Of a stretch of DNA of 29,100 nt, positions 1 to 8,134 are shown one piece after another. Position numbers and translations under genes: made by a program. Each line of letters starts with the position of its first letter. Positions within the stretch are counted from its first letter, which is position 1. The notes below the pieces were generated by a model. It searched no databases. It saw nothing but the letters and a program-made list of their open reading frames with translations, and was not told the origin of the DNA. This DNA comes from Treponemataceae bacterium (GTDB lineage: Bacteria; Spirochaetota; Spirochaetia; Treponematales; Rectinemataceae): assembly GCA_963677895.2 (NCBI GenBank), contig CAXXGJ010000029.1, positions 1 through 29,100 on the forward strand, written 5' to 3'.

Positions 1-2
1 TC

Positions 3-95
3 TATCTGGACAGGCTGAAGAATCCGAACCTGCCGATAAAACATATCATCTATCCGCCCATTCTCACGGAACAGAAAAGCGTCCGCGACATTTAA
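3..95 (+). CDS. C-terminal end of a LacI-type ligand-binding-domain transcriptional regulator (partial, truncated by window start)
   Basis: Manual translation from base 3 gives YLDRLKNPNLPIKHIIYPPILTEQKSVRDI* (TAA 93-95). This resembles the typical LacI/GalR tail (L..RI..P......I..P.L..R.SV). Not in the ORF track. Confidence 0.7.
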   Translation, partial: YLDRLKNPNLPIKHIIYPPILTEQKSVRDI

Positions 96-103
96 AACGC
101 GGG

Positions 104-862
104 TTATCTGCAGATATAGAGTCCGCCGTTCACGTCCATGGTGTCTCCGGTGACATAGCCCGACAAGTCGCTCGCGAAGAAGAGCACAGCGTTGGCGATA
201 TCCTGCGGACTGCCGAAGCGCTGCATCGGGATGGTCAGCTTGGGATCGTCCTTGGGGTCGTGAAGCCAGCTAAGACCTTCAGCCATTTTGGTGAGCGTCC
301 TGCCCGGGCACACGGCGTTGGATGTGATGCCATACTGTCCGCCGTTGAGGGCAAAGGACTTGGAAATATTGAGCACTCCAGCCTTCGAGGCCGAATAGCT
401 GGCCGATGAGCCTCGGCCTCCCCGTTCACCCGCCATCGAAGCGATGTGGACAAGCTTGCCGTAGCGCTGCGTTTTCATTATTTCGAACACTGCCTGAGTG
501 CAGAAGAATACGCTTTTCAGGTTGATGTCCTGCATTCTGTCCCATTTCTCTTCGCTGATGCTTTCGATGGGCGCGGCCTCGGTGATGCCGGCGTTGTTTA
601 CCCAAATATCGATCCTGCCATACATCGCCTTCAATTCAGCAATATTCGCCTTAACACTCCCGAAATCGGAGACGTTGAAAACCTTATGCTTCGCCGCGAA
701 ACCGGCGGCAACGAGATCATCGGCCACTTGTTTTGCGCTCTCCTCGGCGATATCGGTGACGATCACCTTCGCGCCGTACTGGGCGAGTGTCCTGACGATC
801 GCTTCGCCGATTCCGCGCCCCGAACCCGTTACGACGGCTACTTTTCCATCCAGCAGATTCAC
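104..862 (-). CDS. Short-chain dehydrogenase/reductase (FabG-like classical SDR)
   Basis: TGSGRGIG Rossmann motif, NNAG, YSASK catalytic motif, C-terminal VTG..MDVNGG; GTG start 3 nt after the upstream stop. Confidence 0.93.
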   Translation of the reverse strand: MNLLDGKVAVVTGSGRGIGEAIVRTLAQYGAKVIVTDIAEESAKQVADDLVAAGFAAKHKVFNVSDFGSVKANIAELKAMYGRIDIWVNNAGITEAAPIESISEEKWDRMQDINLKSVFFCTQAVFEIMKTQRYGKLVHIASMAGERGGRGSSASYSASKAGVLNISKSFALNGGQYGITSNAVCPGRTLTKMAEGLSWLHDPKDDPKLTIPMQRFGSPQDIANAVLFFASDLSGYVTGDTMDVNGGLYICR

Positions 863-865
863 GAT

Positions 866-2425
866 TTACTCCTTATGCTCAGCTTCATTGGATTTCGAAA
901 TTTCCGGGGGTTCAATCCCCAAAGCCATACCGATAGCCTTGTTCCATCCAGCGATTTTTTCGGCGCGGAGGGCTTCAGCCATAGTCGGCCTGTACTCATT
1001 CCATTCCGCGAGGTCCTCGCAGGATTTCTTGTCGAATACGCCTGTGGCCATGCCGGCTATGAGCGCGGCTCCCAGGCAGGTCTTTTCCTCGTTATGGGGA
1101 ATCCGCACAGGGCAGCCCAGGATGTCGCTCTGGAACTGCATGAGGTAGTGGTTCTTCGTAGGTCCACCAGCCACGGCCATGGCGAGGACATCGACGCCAG
1201 AGTCGGCCGTCATGGCGCGCACGACGTCGGCCACCTGATAGGCTATGCTCTCCAGCCCGGCGCGGACTATTTCCGCGCGCCCGGTCGTGCGCGACATGCC
1301 GCAGAGGACGGCTTTCGCCTCGTTTTTCCAGTGCGGCGCCCCGATGCCCGTAAAGGCCGGAACGAGATAGCTGCGATCGGCGGGATTGGCGCCCTGCGCC
1401 AGGCTGTCGGTCTCAGCGGGTGAAGAAGCCAACCCCAGATCTTTGCAGAGCCAGGTTACGACGGCGCCCGAGTAGTTGATTACGCCGTCGAAGGCGTACC
1501 GCAATCCGCATGCCGTTTTCCAGGCTACGGAACTGAGGACACCGTGGTTCGACAGCAGGGGTATATCGCCGATATTCATCATCACGCAGGAGCCGGTCCC
1601 GAAGCCGGTCATGCACATTCCCTTTTCCAGGCAGCCCTGGGCAAAAAGGACGGCATGCGAGTCGCCTATCGCCGCATGTATGGGAATCGGATTCTCGAGC
1701 ATGCCATCGAGGTCGGCATATCCGTATAGCGCGTCGGAATCGCAGATTTCGGGCAGGCAGGCCATGGGTATGCCGAACAGTTTGCAAGCTTTCTCGTCCC
1801 AGCGAAGCTTTTCCAAGCTGAGCAGCATCGTCCGCGAGGCGTTGGAGACATCGGTTTTGTGAACCTTTCCGCCGGTGAGGTTGTAAATGACCCAGGAATC
1901 CATGGTGCCGCAGCAGAGTTCGCCCCGCTGGGCGCGCTCAAGGGCTCCCTTCACGTTCTGGAAGATCCAGGAGATCTTCGGAGCCGAGAAGAAGGGCGAT
2001 AGAATAAGTCCCGTCGTCTTCCTTATATAGTCGGCGCGACCTTCGCGCTCGAGGCGGGCGCAGAACGGCGAGGCCCTGTTGCATTGCCATACGATCGCGT
2101 TGTAAACGGGTTTGCCGGTTTTCCGTTCCCAAACCGCCACCGTTTCGCGCTGGTTCGCCACGCCGATACAGGAGATCGCCCGAGGATCGACGCCGCTGTT
2201 CCGAATGAGACGCTTCAGTACCGTCAGCACGTTGGCGGCTATCTCGGCCGGATCATGCTCCACCCAGCCCATCTCGTTCACGATCTGGCGATGGGCGATG
2301 TCCTCGCGGGCGACCAGGCGGCTGTCCCTATCGAACAACATCGCCTTTGTGCTCTGCGTGCTCTGGTCGATTGCGATGACGAAGGTTTTCTGCATGGCTC
2401 CCTCAGCTTCCGGCATTTCCGGCAT
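866..2425 (-). CDS. glpK: FGGY-family carbohydrate kinase, glycerol kinase-like with substituted substrate pocket (alternative start at 2395)
   Basis: IDQSTQSTKA, NQRET, AIVWQC, GTMDSW, TDVSNASRT, VPAFTGIGAPHW and LESIAYQ motifs; TAATG overlap with the upstream gene. The symbol denotes family only. Confidence 0.88.
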   Translation of the reverse strand: MPEMPEAEGAMQKTFVIAIDQSTQSTKAMLFDRDSRLVAREDIAHRQIVNEMGWVEHDPAEIAANVLTVLKRLIRNSGVDPRAISCIGVANQRETVAVWERKTGKPVYNAIVWQCNRASPFCARLEREGRADYIRKTTGLILSPFFSAPKISWIFQNVKGALERAQRGELCCGTMDSWVIYNLTGGKVHKTDVSNASRTMLLSLEKLRWDEKACKLFGIPMACLPEICDSDALYGYADLDGMLENPIPIHAAIGDSHAVLFAQGCLEKGMCMTGFGTGSCVMMNIGDIPLLSNHGVLSSVAWKTACGLRYAFDGVINYSGAVVTWLCKDLGLASSPAETDSLAQGANPADRSYLVPAFTGIGAPHWKNEAKAVLCGMSRTTGRAEIVRAGLESIAYQVADVVRAMTADSGVDVLAMAVAGGPTKNHYLMQFQSDILGCPVRIPHNEEKTCLGAALIAGMATGVFDKKSCEDLAEWNEYRPTMAEALRAEKIAGWNKAIGMALGIEPPEISKSNEAEHKE

Positions 2426-3153
2426 TATCGCGCGAACGCCTCGTAATGATGTTTCCCTTTGAGGCTTTCGACATCATAGGTAGGACGAAATCCCTGCTGG
2501 ACGAAACCGGCGATGCGCACATCGGGATTCTTCAATTCCGGCAGCAGGTGCTCCTCTTTCCCCCATTCTACTATTTCGAAATCGCCGTTATCCCACACAT
2601 TCATCTTGGACACGGAGGTGTTTTCAAGCCTGTTCATATTCCAGACGTCCTTGATGGGGATATCGAAGAGCTTGGCCAGGATCAACTGGATGGTGAGCAT
2701 GTGCGTGACGATCGCTATGCGTTTGCCTTTATTTTCCCTCACGATTCTCGAAAAAGCCGCCACAGCCCGCTCCTGGACCTGAAGAAATGTTTCGCCCCCG
2801 GGCATCTGCAGCTTGTCAGGCGCATTCTGCCATAGATCAATCATTCCCGGCCAGAGTTCTTCTATTTCCGCTCTGTTGAGATCTTCCCAGCCGCCGCAGT
2901 GAATTTCGCAGAGCCCGCGGTCCGTAATAATCTCCAGCGGTCTATCCCCCCTCACCTGTTCGGCTGTCATCATAGTCCGCTTATATGGGCTCGCGTAGAC
3001 TCTGTCGAGGGCAACTTTGGCCATGGGCGCTTTGAGGCAGGCGGCCTGTCTCATGCCCCTTTCATTCAAGGGTTTGTCGGTGCTACCGATAAATCGGTGC
3101 TTTACATTATTGTCCGTCTCGCCATGCCTAACAATATAAATTTCAGTCAACAC
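2425..3153 (-). CDS. Histidine phosphatase superfamily protein (CobC/GpmB-like)
   Basis: RHGET motif, ASPYKR, LCEIHCGGWE, PGGETF, second His in VTH; AGGAG RBS before the GTG start. Confidence 0.92.
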   Translation of the reverse strand: MLTEIYIVRHGETDNNVKHRFIGSTDKPLNERGMRQAACLKAPMAKVALDRVYASPYKRTMMTAEQVRGDRPLEIITDRGLCEIHCGGWEDLNRAEIEELWPGMIDLWQNAPDKLQMPGGETFLQVQERAVAAFSRIVRENKGKRIAIVTHMLTIQLILAKLFDIPIKDVWNMNRLENTSVSKMNVWDNGDFEIVEWGKEEHLLPELKNPDVRIAGFVQQGFRPTYDVESLKGKHHYEAFAR

Positions 3154-3165
3154 GGAAGATGCTCC

Positions 3166-4542
3166 TTATTTAACTTTTATCGTATGGATGGCTTTGCCGA
3201 AAGCGTCGAGCGCCGCTTCGCGGAGCATTTCCGACAAGGAAGGATGGGCGACTATAAGATGTTCCCATTCCTCCAGTTTCATGCGGTTCGTCACGGCGAC
3301 AGTCGCCATGGAAATCAGTTCCGAGGCATTTTCGCCCACTATGTGTACGCCGAGAGTAGTTTTTTCGTTTTTGTCCATGACGACGCAGACGATTCCCGCG
3401 GCTCCCTCGGCGAGTGCCATACCGTTCCCCTCGTATCTGAAAATTCCGGTAATAGTTTCAATACCTTCTTTTTCGGCCTGAACGCTTGTCAAACCGACTG
3501 CCGCGAGGCATGGCAGCGTGTAGACGCAGCGCGGGATGGCGCGAACATCGAGGCTTCGTTCCACACCCAGAATGTTGGCGACGGCGGTTTCCGCCTCGGC
3601 GTAGGCGGCGTGTGCCAGCTGATACCCGCCGGCCACATCGCCTATGGCATATACATTAGGCAGGTTAGTCCTCATATGCTTGTCGACTTGGATATACTTC
3701 CGCTCGCTCAGCTCGAGGCCCAGTTTTATGGTATCGAGACCAGAGAAGGAAGCCTTGCGGCCAATCGCCATCAGGACAATATCGGCCTCCACTTCTCCCA
3801 CGCCATCTTTGTTCTGGAAGGATACCCTGAATGCCGCGCCACTCCTTTCGATGTTCAGTACTCGCGATCCCGCGGCAATCTTCATGCCGCGTTTTTTCAG
3901 TGATTTCACGAGGAAATCCGCAGCCGTTTTTTCTTCCAAGGGAAGCAGGGAATCCAGCATTTCCACGATGGTGACTTCTGAACCGAAGGAGGCGAAGGCG
4001 CTGGCCAATTCAAGTCCGATTACGCCGCCGCCGATGACGGCGAGTCTGTGGGGGATTTTCTGGAGAGCAAGGGCTCCGGTGCTGTCGATAGCGAGTTCGG
4101 CTCCAGGTATCGGGATACTGACGGGAACCGAGCCCGTTGCGATGATCACATTCTCGGCGGTATATTCCGTTCCATCGCAGGTGGCTTTCCCTGCTCCAGT
4201 TAATAGCGCTTCGCCTCGCACAAGGGTTACGCCACTGGCTTTGAGCAAGGCGGAAACGCCGCCGACCAGCTTGTCCACAACCTCGCTTTTTCCTTTTTGA
4301 ATGGCGCGAAAACTGAAGGAACCGGCGTCTTTGAAGACACCTTTCCCCGTTAAGCCGCGGATCTTCTCGAGAGTCGCGGCCTTGTCCAGCAGGTACTTGG
4401 TTGGAATACAGCCCACGTTGAGGCATGTTCCGCCCAACGTATCCTTTTCGAAGAGAACCACCTTGAGACCGTTCTTGGCGGCCTCGATGGCGCTCGAATA
4501 TCCCCCGGGGCCGCTCCCGAGAACCATAAGATCGAAATGCAT
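3166..4542 (-). CDS. lpdA: Dihydrolipoamide dehydrogenase (E3)
   Basis: GSGPGG FAD motif, GGTCLNVGCIP redox disulfide, GGGVIGLE NAD motif, AIGD, HPSLSE. Confidence 0.96.
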   Translation of the reverse strand: MHFDLMVLGSGPGGYSSAIEAAKNGLKVVLFEKDTLGGTCLNVGCIPTKYLLDKAATLEKIRGLTGKGVFKDAGSFSFRAIQKGKSEVVDKLVGGVSALLKASGVTLVRGEALLTGAGKATCDGTEYTAENVIIATGSVPVSIPIPGAELAIDSTGALALQKIPHRLAVIGGGVIGLELASAFASFGSEVTIVEMLDSLLPLEEKTAADFLVKSLKKRGMKIAAGSRVLNIERSGAAFRVSFQNKDGVGEVEADIVLMAIGRKASFSGLDTIKLGLELSERKYIQVDKHMRTNLPNVYAIGDVAGGYQLAHAAYAEAETAVANILGVERSLDVRAIPRCVYTLPCLAAVGLTSVQAEKEGIETITGIFRYEGNGMALAEGAAGIVCVVMDKNEKTTLGVHIVGENASELISMATVAVTNRMKLEEWEHLIVAHPSLSEMLREAALDAFGKAIHTIKVK

Positions 4543-4552
4543 TCCAGCCCCC

Positions 4553-5818
4553 TCAGCAGAGCATAAGGGCTGGGCTTTCCAGCAACCCTTTTATCGACTT
4601 AAGAATTCGGGCTCCATAGGAGCCATCGATGACGCGATGATCGTAGGAAGCGGTTACTTCCATCATAGGGACGCTCTTCCATACCCCAGCTTCCCACACA
4701 GGCCGCGCCACGATGTTGCCAAGTGCAAAGATGCTACATTCGGGCGGGTTGATGATAGCCGTGAAATGGTCTATTCCGTGCATCCCCAGGTTGGATATCG
4801 TGGTGGAACCGCAACCCATGTCGGAAGGAACCAGGCTTCCTGCGCGCGCTTTTTCCACGCCGGCATTGTTGGCCGCGGCAATTTGCGCCAGCCCCAGGCT
4901 CTCCACATTCTTCGCAACCGGTACGATGAGTCCAGCGTCCAGCGCGACCGCTAAGCCGATATTGGAGTGCCGGTAGACCCGGATCTCGTCATTCTCGTAG
5001 CGCGCGTTCAGCAGCGGGAATTCCTTCGCGCTGACAGCGATAGCTTTCGCGAAAATATCGTTGTAGGAAATTTTCACGCCGCTCCTAGCAAAGATATCCG
5101 CCTTGAGCTTCATCGCTTCCGCCATGTCGATCTGTACCGAAAGCTGGAACGAAGGGATGGTCTGGACGCTTCTGAGCATCCTTTCACCAATTTTCCTGCG
5201 CATTGTGGTGAGCGCGAGCACTTCGTATTCCGTGGTCTCCGTCGCTGGGGCTTCCATCCGAGCCTCATCCTGCTGCGCTTCGGCGTCCGCCGAACCTTCG
5301 TTCATAACTTTAAAGCCCAAGGCATCCAGATAAGCCCGCACGTCGCTCCGTTTTACGAGACCCCCGTTGGCCGGCACCACCTTCGCGATATCCAACTTAT
5401 GCTCGGCCGCCAGTTTCTTGGCGTTCGGCATGGCGCGCGCTTCGGCCTTCGCGACATCTCGCATAATCAGCGCGAAATCATCATCATCGTCAGGCCGGTC
5501 CGTTTTTTTCGCAACGGTTGTGTCTACCGCGCCTACCGCGCCCGCTCCGTCCTTCGAAGCCGAGTAGGCAGCAAAATCCGACTCATCGCCCACTAATGCC
5601 AGCACGCAGCCTGCGTCGACGCTGTCGCCTTCCTTGACGAGCAGGTCGATGACGACGCCTTTCGCAAAGCTTTCTATCGAGAGCGTGGCCTTGTCCGTTT
5701 CCACTTCCAGAAGCAGGTCGCCGCGCTGAACCTTGTCGCCCTTCGCCACGAGCCAACGGCAGATGACGACTTCGTCAGTCGTCTGGCCGGCGCTCGGCAT
5801 CGTTATTTCCTTAATCAT
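4553..5818 (-). CDS. Dihydrolipoamide acyltransferase (E2) with a single lipoyl domain
   Basis: Lipoyl motif EVETDKAT, E3-binding segment (AMPNAKKLAAEH...GGLVKRSDV), TISNLG, catalytic DHRVIDG. Confidence 0.95.
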   Translation of the reverse strand: MIKEITMPSAGQTTDEVVICRWLVAKGDKVQRGDLLLEVETDKATLSIESFAKGVVIDLLVKEGDSVDAGCVLALVGDESDFAAYSASKDGAGAVGAVDTTVAKKTDRPDDDDDFALIMRDVAKAEARAMPNAKKLAAEHKLDIAKVVPANGGLVKRSDVRAYLDALGFKVMNEGSADAEAQQDEARMEAPATETTEYEVLALTTMRRKIGERMLRSVQTIPSFQLSVQIDMAEAMKLKADIFARSGVKISYNDIFAKAIAVSAKEFPLLNARYENDEIRVYRHSNIGLAVALDAGLIVPVAKNVESLGLAQIAAANNAGVEKARAGSLVPSDMGCGSTTISNLGMHGIDHFTAIINPPECSIFALGNIVARPVWEAGVWKSVPMMEVTASYDHRVIDGSYGARILKSIKGLLESPALMLC

Positions 5819-5834
5819 GTCGCATCACCTTTAT

Positions 5835-6848
5835 TCATGCCATCATCAATCTTCGCGCCGCCTCGACAATTCTTTCCTTGGAGGGAATGACATAGTTTTC
5901 AAGCGGCGGAGAGAAGGGCACCGGCGTATCGTAGGCAGCGACGCGCGAAATCGGCGCGTCCAGCAGGAATATCTCGTTCTCCGCGAAATACGAGGCTACC
6001 TGGGCTCCCCAGCCGCAATTGTAGTTGTCCTCGTGAACGATCATCAGCCTGCCCGTCTTCCGGACCGATTCGACAACCGTTTCGTAGTCAAAGGGAACGA
6101 GGGTTCTCGGATCTATGACTTCGCATTCGATCCCCTCTCTCGCCAGAATGTTCGCCGCCTCCTGGGCTTTGTAGCTCATGAGAAGGTTGGCCACGATGGT
6201 GATGTCTTTGCCCTCGCGGCGGATTGCCGCCTTTCCGAAAGGAACGGTGTAGTCCCCATCCGGTACATCGCCAGCCGTGTCGATGGCGTCCTTTTCCTTT
6301 CGCTTGCTTCCATACAAAAGCTTGTGCTCGAAGACGATGACGGGATTATCGTCTCTGATGGCTTCCTTCATCAGGCCTTTGGCGTCGTAAGACGTGGAGG
6401 GGCAGATGACCTTCAGGCCTGGAACGTGGGTAAAGTAGCTTTCCAGACTCTGCGCGTGCTGGGCTCCGCGGTTGCTCGCCCCGCAGGGAGCGCGCATCAC
6501 CATCGGTACGTGGACTTTGCCGCCGGACATATAGCACATCTTGGCGGCCTGGTTCACGATCTGGTCCATCATGCAAAAGAGGAAATCTCCATACTGGAGG
6601 TCAGCCACAGGCCGCATTCCCATCATAGACGAGCCTACGCATACGCCAGCGATCAGGATTTCTGATATGGGCGTGTTGATGACCCGCTTGCTTCCGAATT
6701 CTTCGGCAAGACCTTTTGTGACGGTAAAGGCGCCGCCCATTCCACCGGGAATATCCTCATCCTCGCCAATGCAGTAAACCGCCGGATTGGCTCTCATTTC
6801 TTCGGCTATCGCGCTCTTGAGAGCGTCGGCTATAGACATCTTGGCCAT
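5835..6848 (-). CDS. TPP-dependent dehydrogenase E1 beta subunit (AcoB/PdhB-like)
   Basis: IGED, NTPISE, DQIVNQAAK, QHAQSLE, FEHKLLY, EVIDPRTLVP; TGATG overlap with the alpha subunit gene. Confidence 0.95.
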   Translation of the reverse strand: MAKMSIADALKSAIAEEMRANPAVYCIGEDEDIPGGMGGAFTVTKGLAEEFGSKRVINTPISEILIAGVCVGSSMMGMRPVADLQYGDFLFCMMDQIVNQAAKMCYMSGGKVHVPMVMRAPCGASNRGAQHAQSLESYFTHVPGLKVICPSTSYDAKGLMKEAIRDDNPVIVFEHKLLYGSKRKEKDAIDTAGDVPDGDYTVPFGKAAIRREGKDITIVANLLMSYKAQEAANILAREGIECEVIDPRTLVPFDYETVVESVRKTGRLMIVHEDNYNCGWGAQVASYFAENEIFLLDAPISRVAAYDTPVPFSPPLENYVIPSKERIVEAARRLMMA

Positions 6849-7831
6849 CAGTTTTTCCCTCCATTCCAGTAAACGTCCGTCATAGCGGTTTCAAGCGCGG
6901 GGAACGGAGCGTTTTTCGCGTATTCGACGGCTTCGTCGATGTCATCCTCAATTTTCTTCTCTGTGGCGAGCAGTTCATCCTCGCAGGCCAGGCCCTTTTC
7001 CAGAATCAAGGCGCGGAACATGGTCACGGGATCTTTGGAGAACCAGAGCTTCTCTTCCTCTTTGGGCCTATACCCGCAGGCATCGTTGCGTGAATGCCCT
7101 CCGTGTCGATAGGTTTTAAGCTCGAGAATGGTCGGGCCCTCACCTTTCCGGGCGCGCTTTATAGCGCGGGCAGCCGCTTCGTTAACAGCCAGCACATCGT
7201 TCCCGTCCACGACTTCGGCGGGGATATCATAGGAGCCGGCCCTGTCGGCAGCCACATTCTCTTTGTTGCAGGTGATCTTGATGGATGTCGTGGCGGAATA
7301 AAGGTTATTCTCGCAGACGAATATGACTGGCAGCTTCCAGATGGCCGCGCCGTTCAGCGTTTCATGGAACGAACCTTCGTTGGTGGCGCCGTCGCCGAAA
7401 AAGCAGACAACAACGTTATCCTTGTTCTGCATCTGGTAAGCGAGTGCCACACCGGCCGCTATGGGAAGATTGCCGCCTACGATGGCATTAGCCGTCAGAG
7501 CCCCTACAGCGACATCGCCAGTATGCATCGCTCCGCCCTTGCCGTTGCAGCATCCATCAACCTTCCCGAACATTTCGCACATCATGGACCTCAGGGAAAC
7601 GCCTTTCGCGAGGTCATGACCGGCGGGGCGATGGGTAGATGCCATATAGTCATCCAGGCGCAGGTCATACAGCATGCCGACGGCGCAGGCTTCCTGACCG
7701 GTGCTCTGATGGATCGTTCCCGGCATAATCCCCTCCAGGAACAGATAATAAATTCTTTCCTCGTACTTGCGGATGAGAAACATCCTTTCATACATACCCA
7801 GCGATTTCTTCTTTTCAGGCATTTTCTTCAT
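6848..7831 (-). CDS. TPP-dependent dehydrogenase E1 alpha subunit (AcoA/PdhA-like)
   Basis: GQEA, STHR, GKGGAMH, TPP motif GDGATNEG...ENN, TYRHGGHS. Start moved from 7870 to ATG 7831, which follows AAGAGGGG. Confidence 0.94.
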   Translation of the reverse strand: MKKMPEKKKSLGMYERMFLIRKYEERIYYLFLEGIMPGTIHQSTGQEACAVGMLYDLRLDDYMASTHRPAGHDLAKGVSLRSMMCEMFGKVDGCCNGKGGAMHTGDVAVGALTANAIVGGNLPIAAGVALAYQMQNKDNVVVCFFGDGATNEGSFHETLNGAAIWKLPVIFVCENNLYSATTSIKITCNKENVAADRAGSYDIPAEVVDGNDVLAVNEAAARAIKRARKGEGPTILELKTYRHGGHSRNDACGYRPKEEEKLWFSKDPVTMFRALILEKGLACEDELLATEKKIEDDIDEAVEYAKNAPFPALETAMTDVYWNGGKN

Positions 7832-7848
7832 TAGGCCCCTCTTAAAAC

Positions 7849-7860
7849 ATGTAATTACAT
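7849..7860. promoter_or_regulatory. Putative operator, perfect palindrome ATGTAATTACAT (copy 1)
   Basis: Exact 12-bp self-complementary sequence just upstream of the E1 alpha RBS; identical copy at 8001-8012. Confidence 0.7.
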
Positions 7861-7947
7861 TAATAATCACGATGGTTTTTTTACGCTAAAAACAATCGGT
7901 TATGTTCAATAATGTGAACAAAGCGGCAATTATGTCCGCCTGAATGT

Positions 7948-7976
7948 AGTATGACATTAGTTATTCGGGTTGTCAA
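7948..7976 (-). promoter_or_regulatory. Sigma70-type promoter of the E1/E2/E3-kinase operon
   Basis: Minus-strand TTGACA (7976-7971), 17-nt spacer ending in TGn, then CATACT (7953-7948). Confidence 0.65.
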
Positions 7977-8000
7977 TAATATTTTACAACTACTATAACA

Positions 8001-8012
8001 ATGTAATTACAT
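8001..8012. promoter_or_regulatory. Putative operator, perfect palindrome ATGTAATTACAT (copy 2)
   Basis: Identical to 7849-7860; lies upstream of the -35 box. Confidence 0.7.
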
Positions 8013-8134
8013 ATACTAACCATTTCGCGCTGCTCTGGTTCTGCGCCAACCCCCAGCCCCGAGCTGGTAACGCGACTCGCCGGAGGCTATTATGCAAAAG
8101 GCCAAATTTCGCGACAGCTGATCAGGGGTGAACC

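Noticed and set aside
3166..7831. Calling the complex pdhABCD or acoABCL outright
   Set aside because: The motifs establish the family but not the substrate, and the gene context argues against a housekeeping role, so symbols were withheld except lpdA.
446..7834. Long plus-strand ORFs antisense to the dehydrogenase operon (e.g. 446..1423, 2899..3903, 5733..6665, 7094..7834)
   Set aside because: Shadow ORFs expected opposite GC-rich coding genes; no recognisable motifs.
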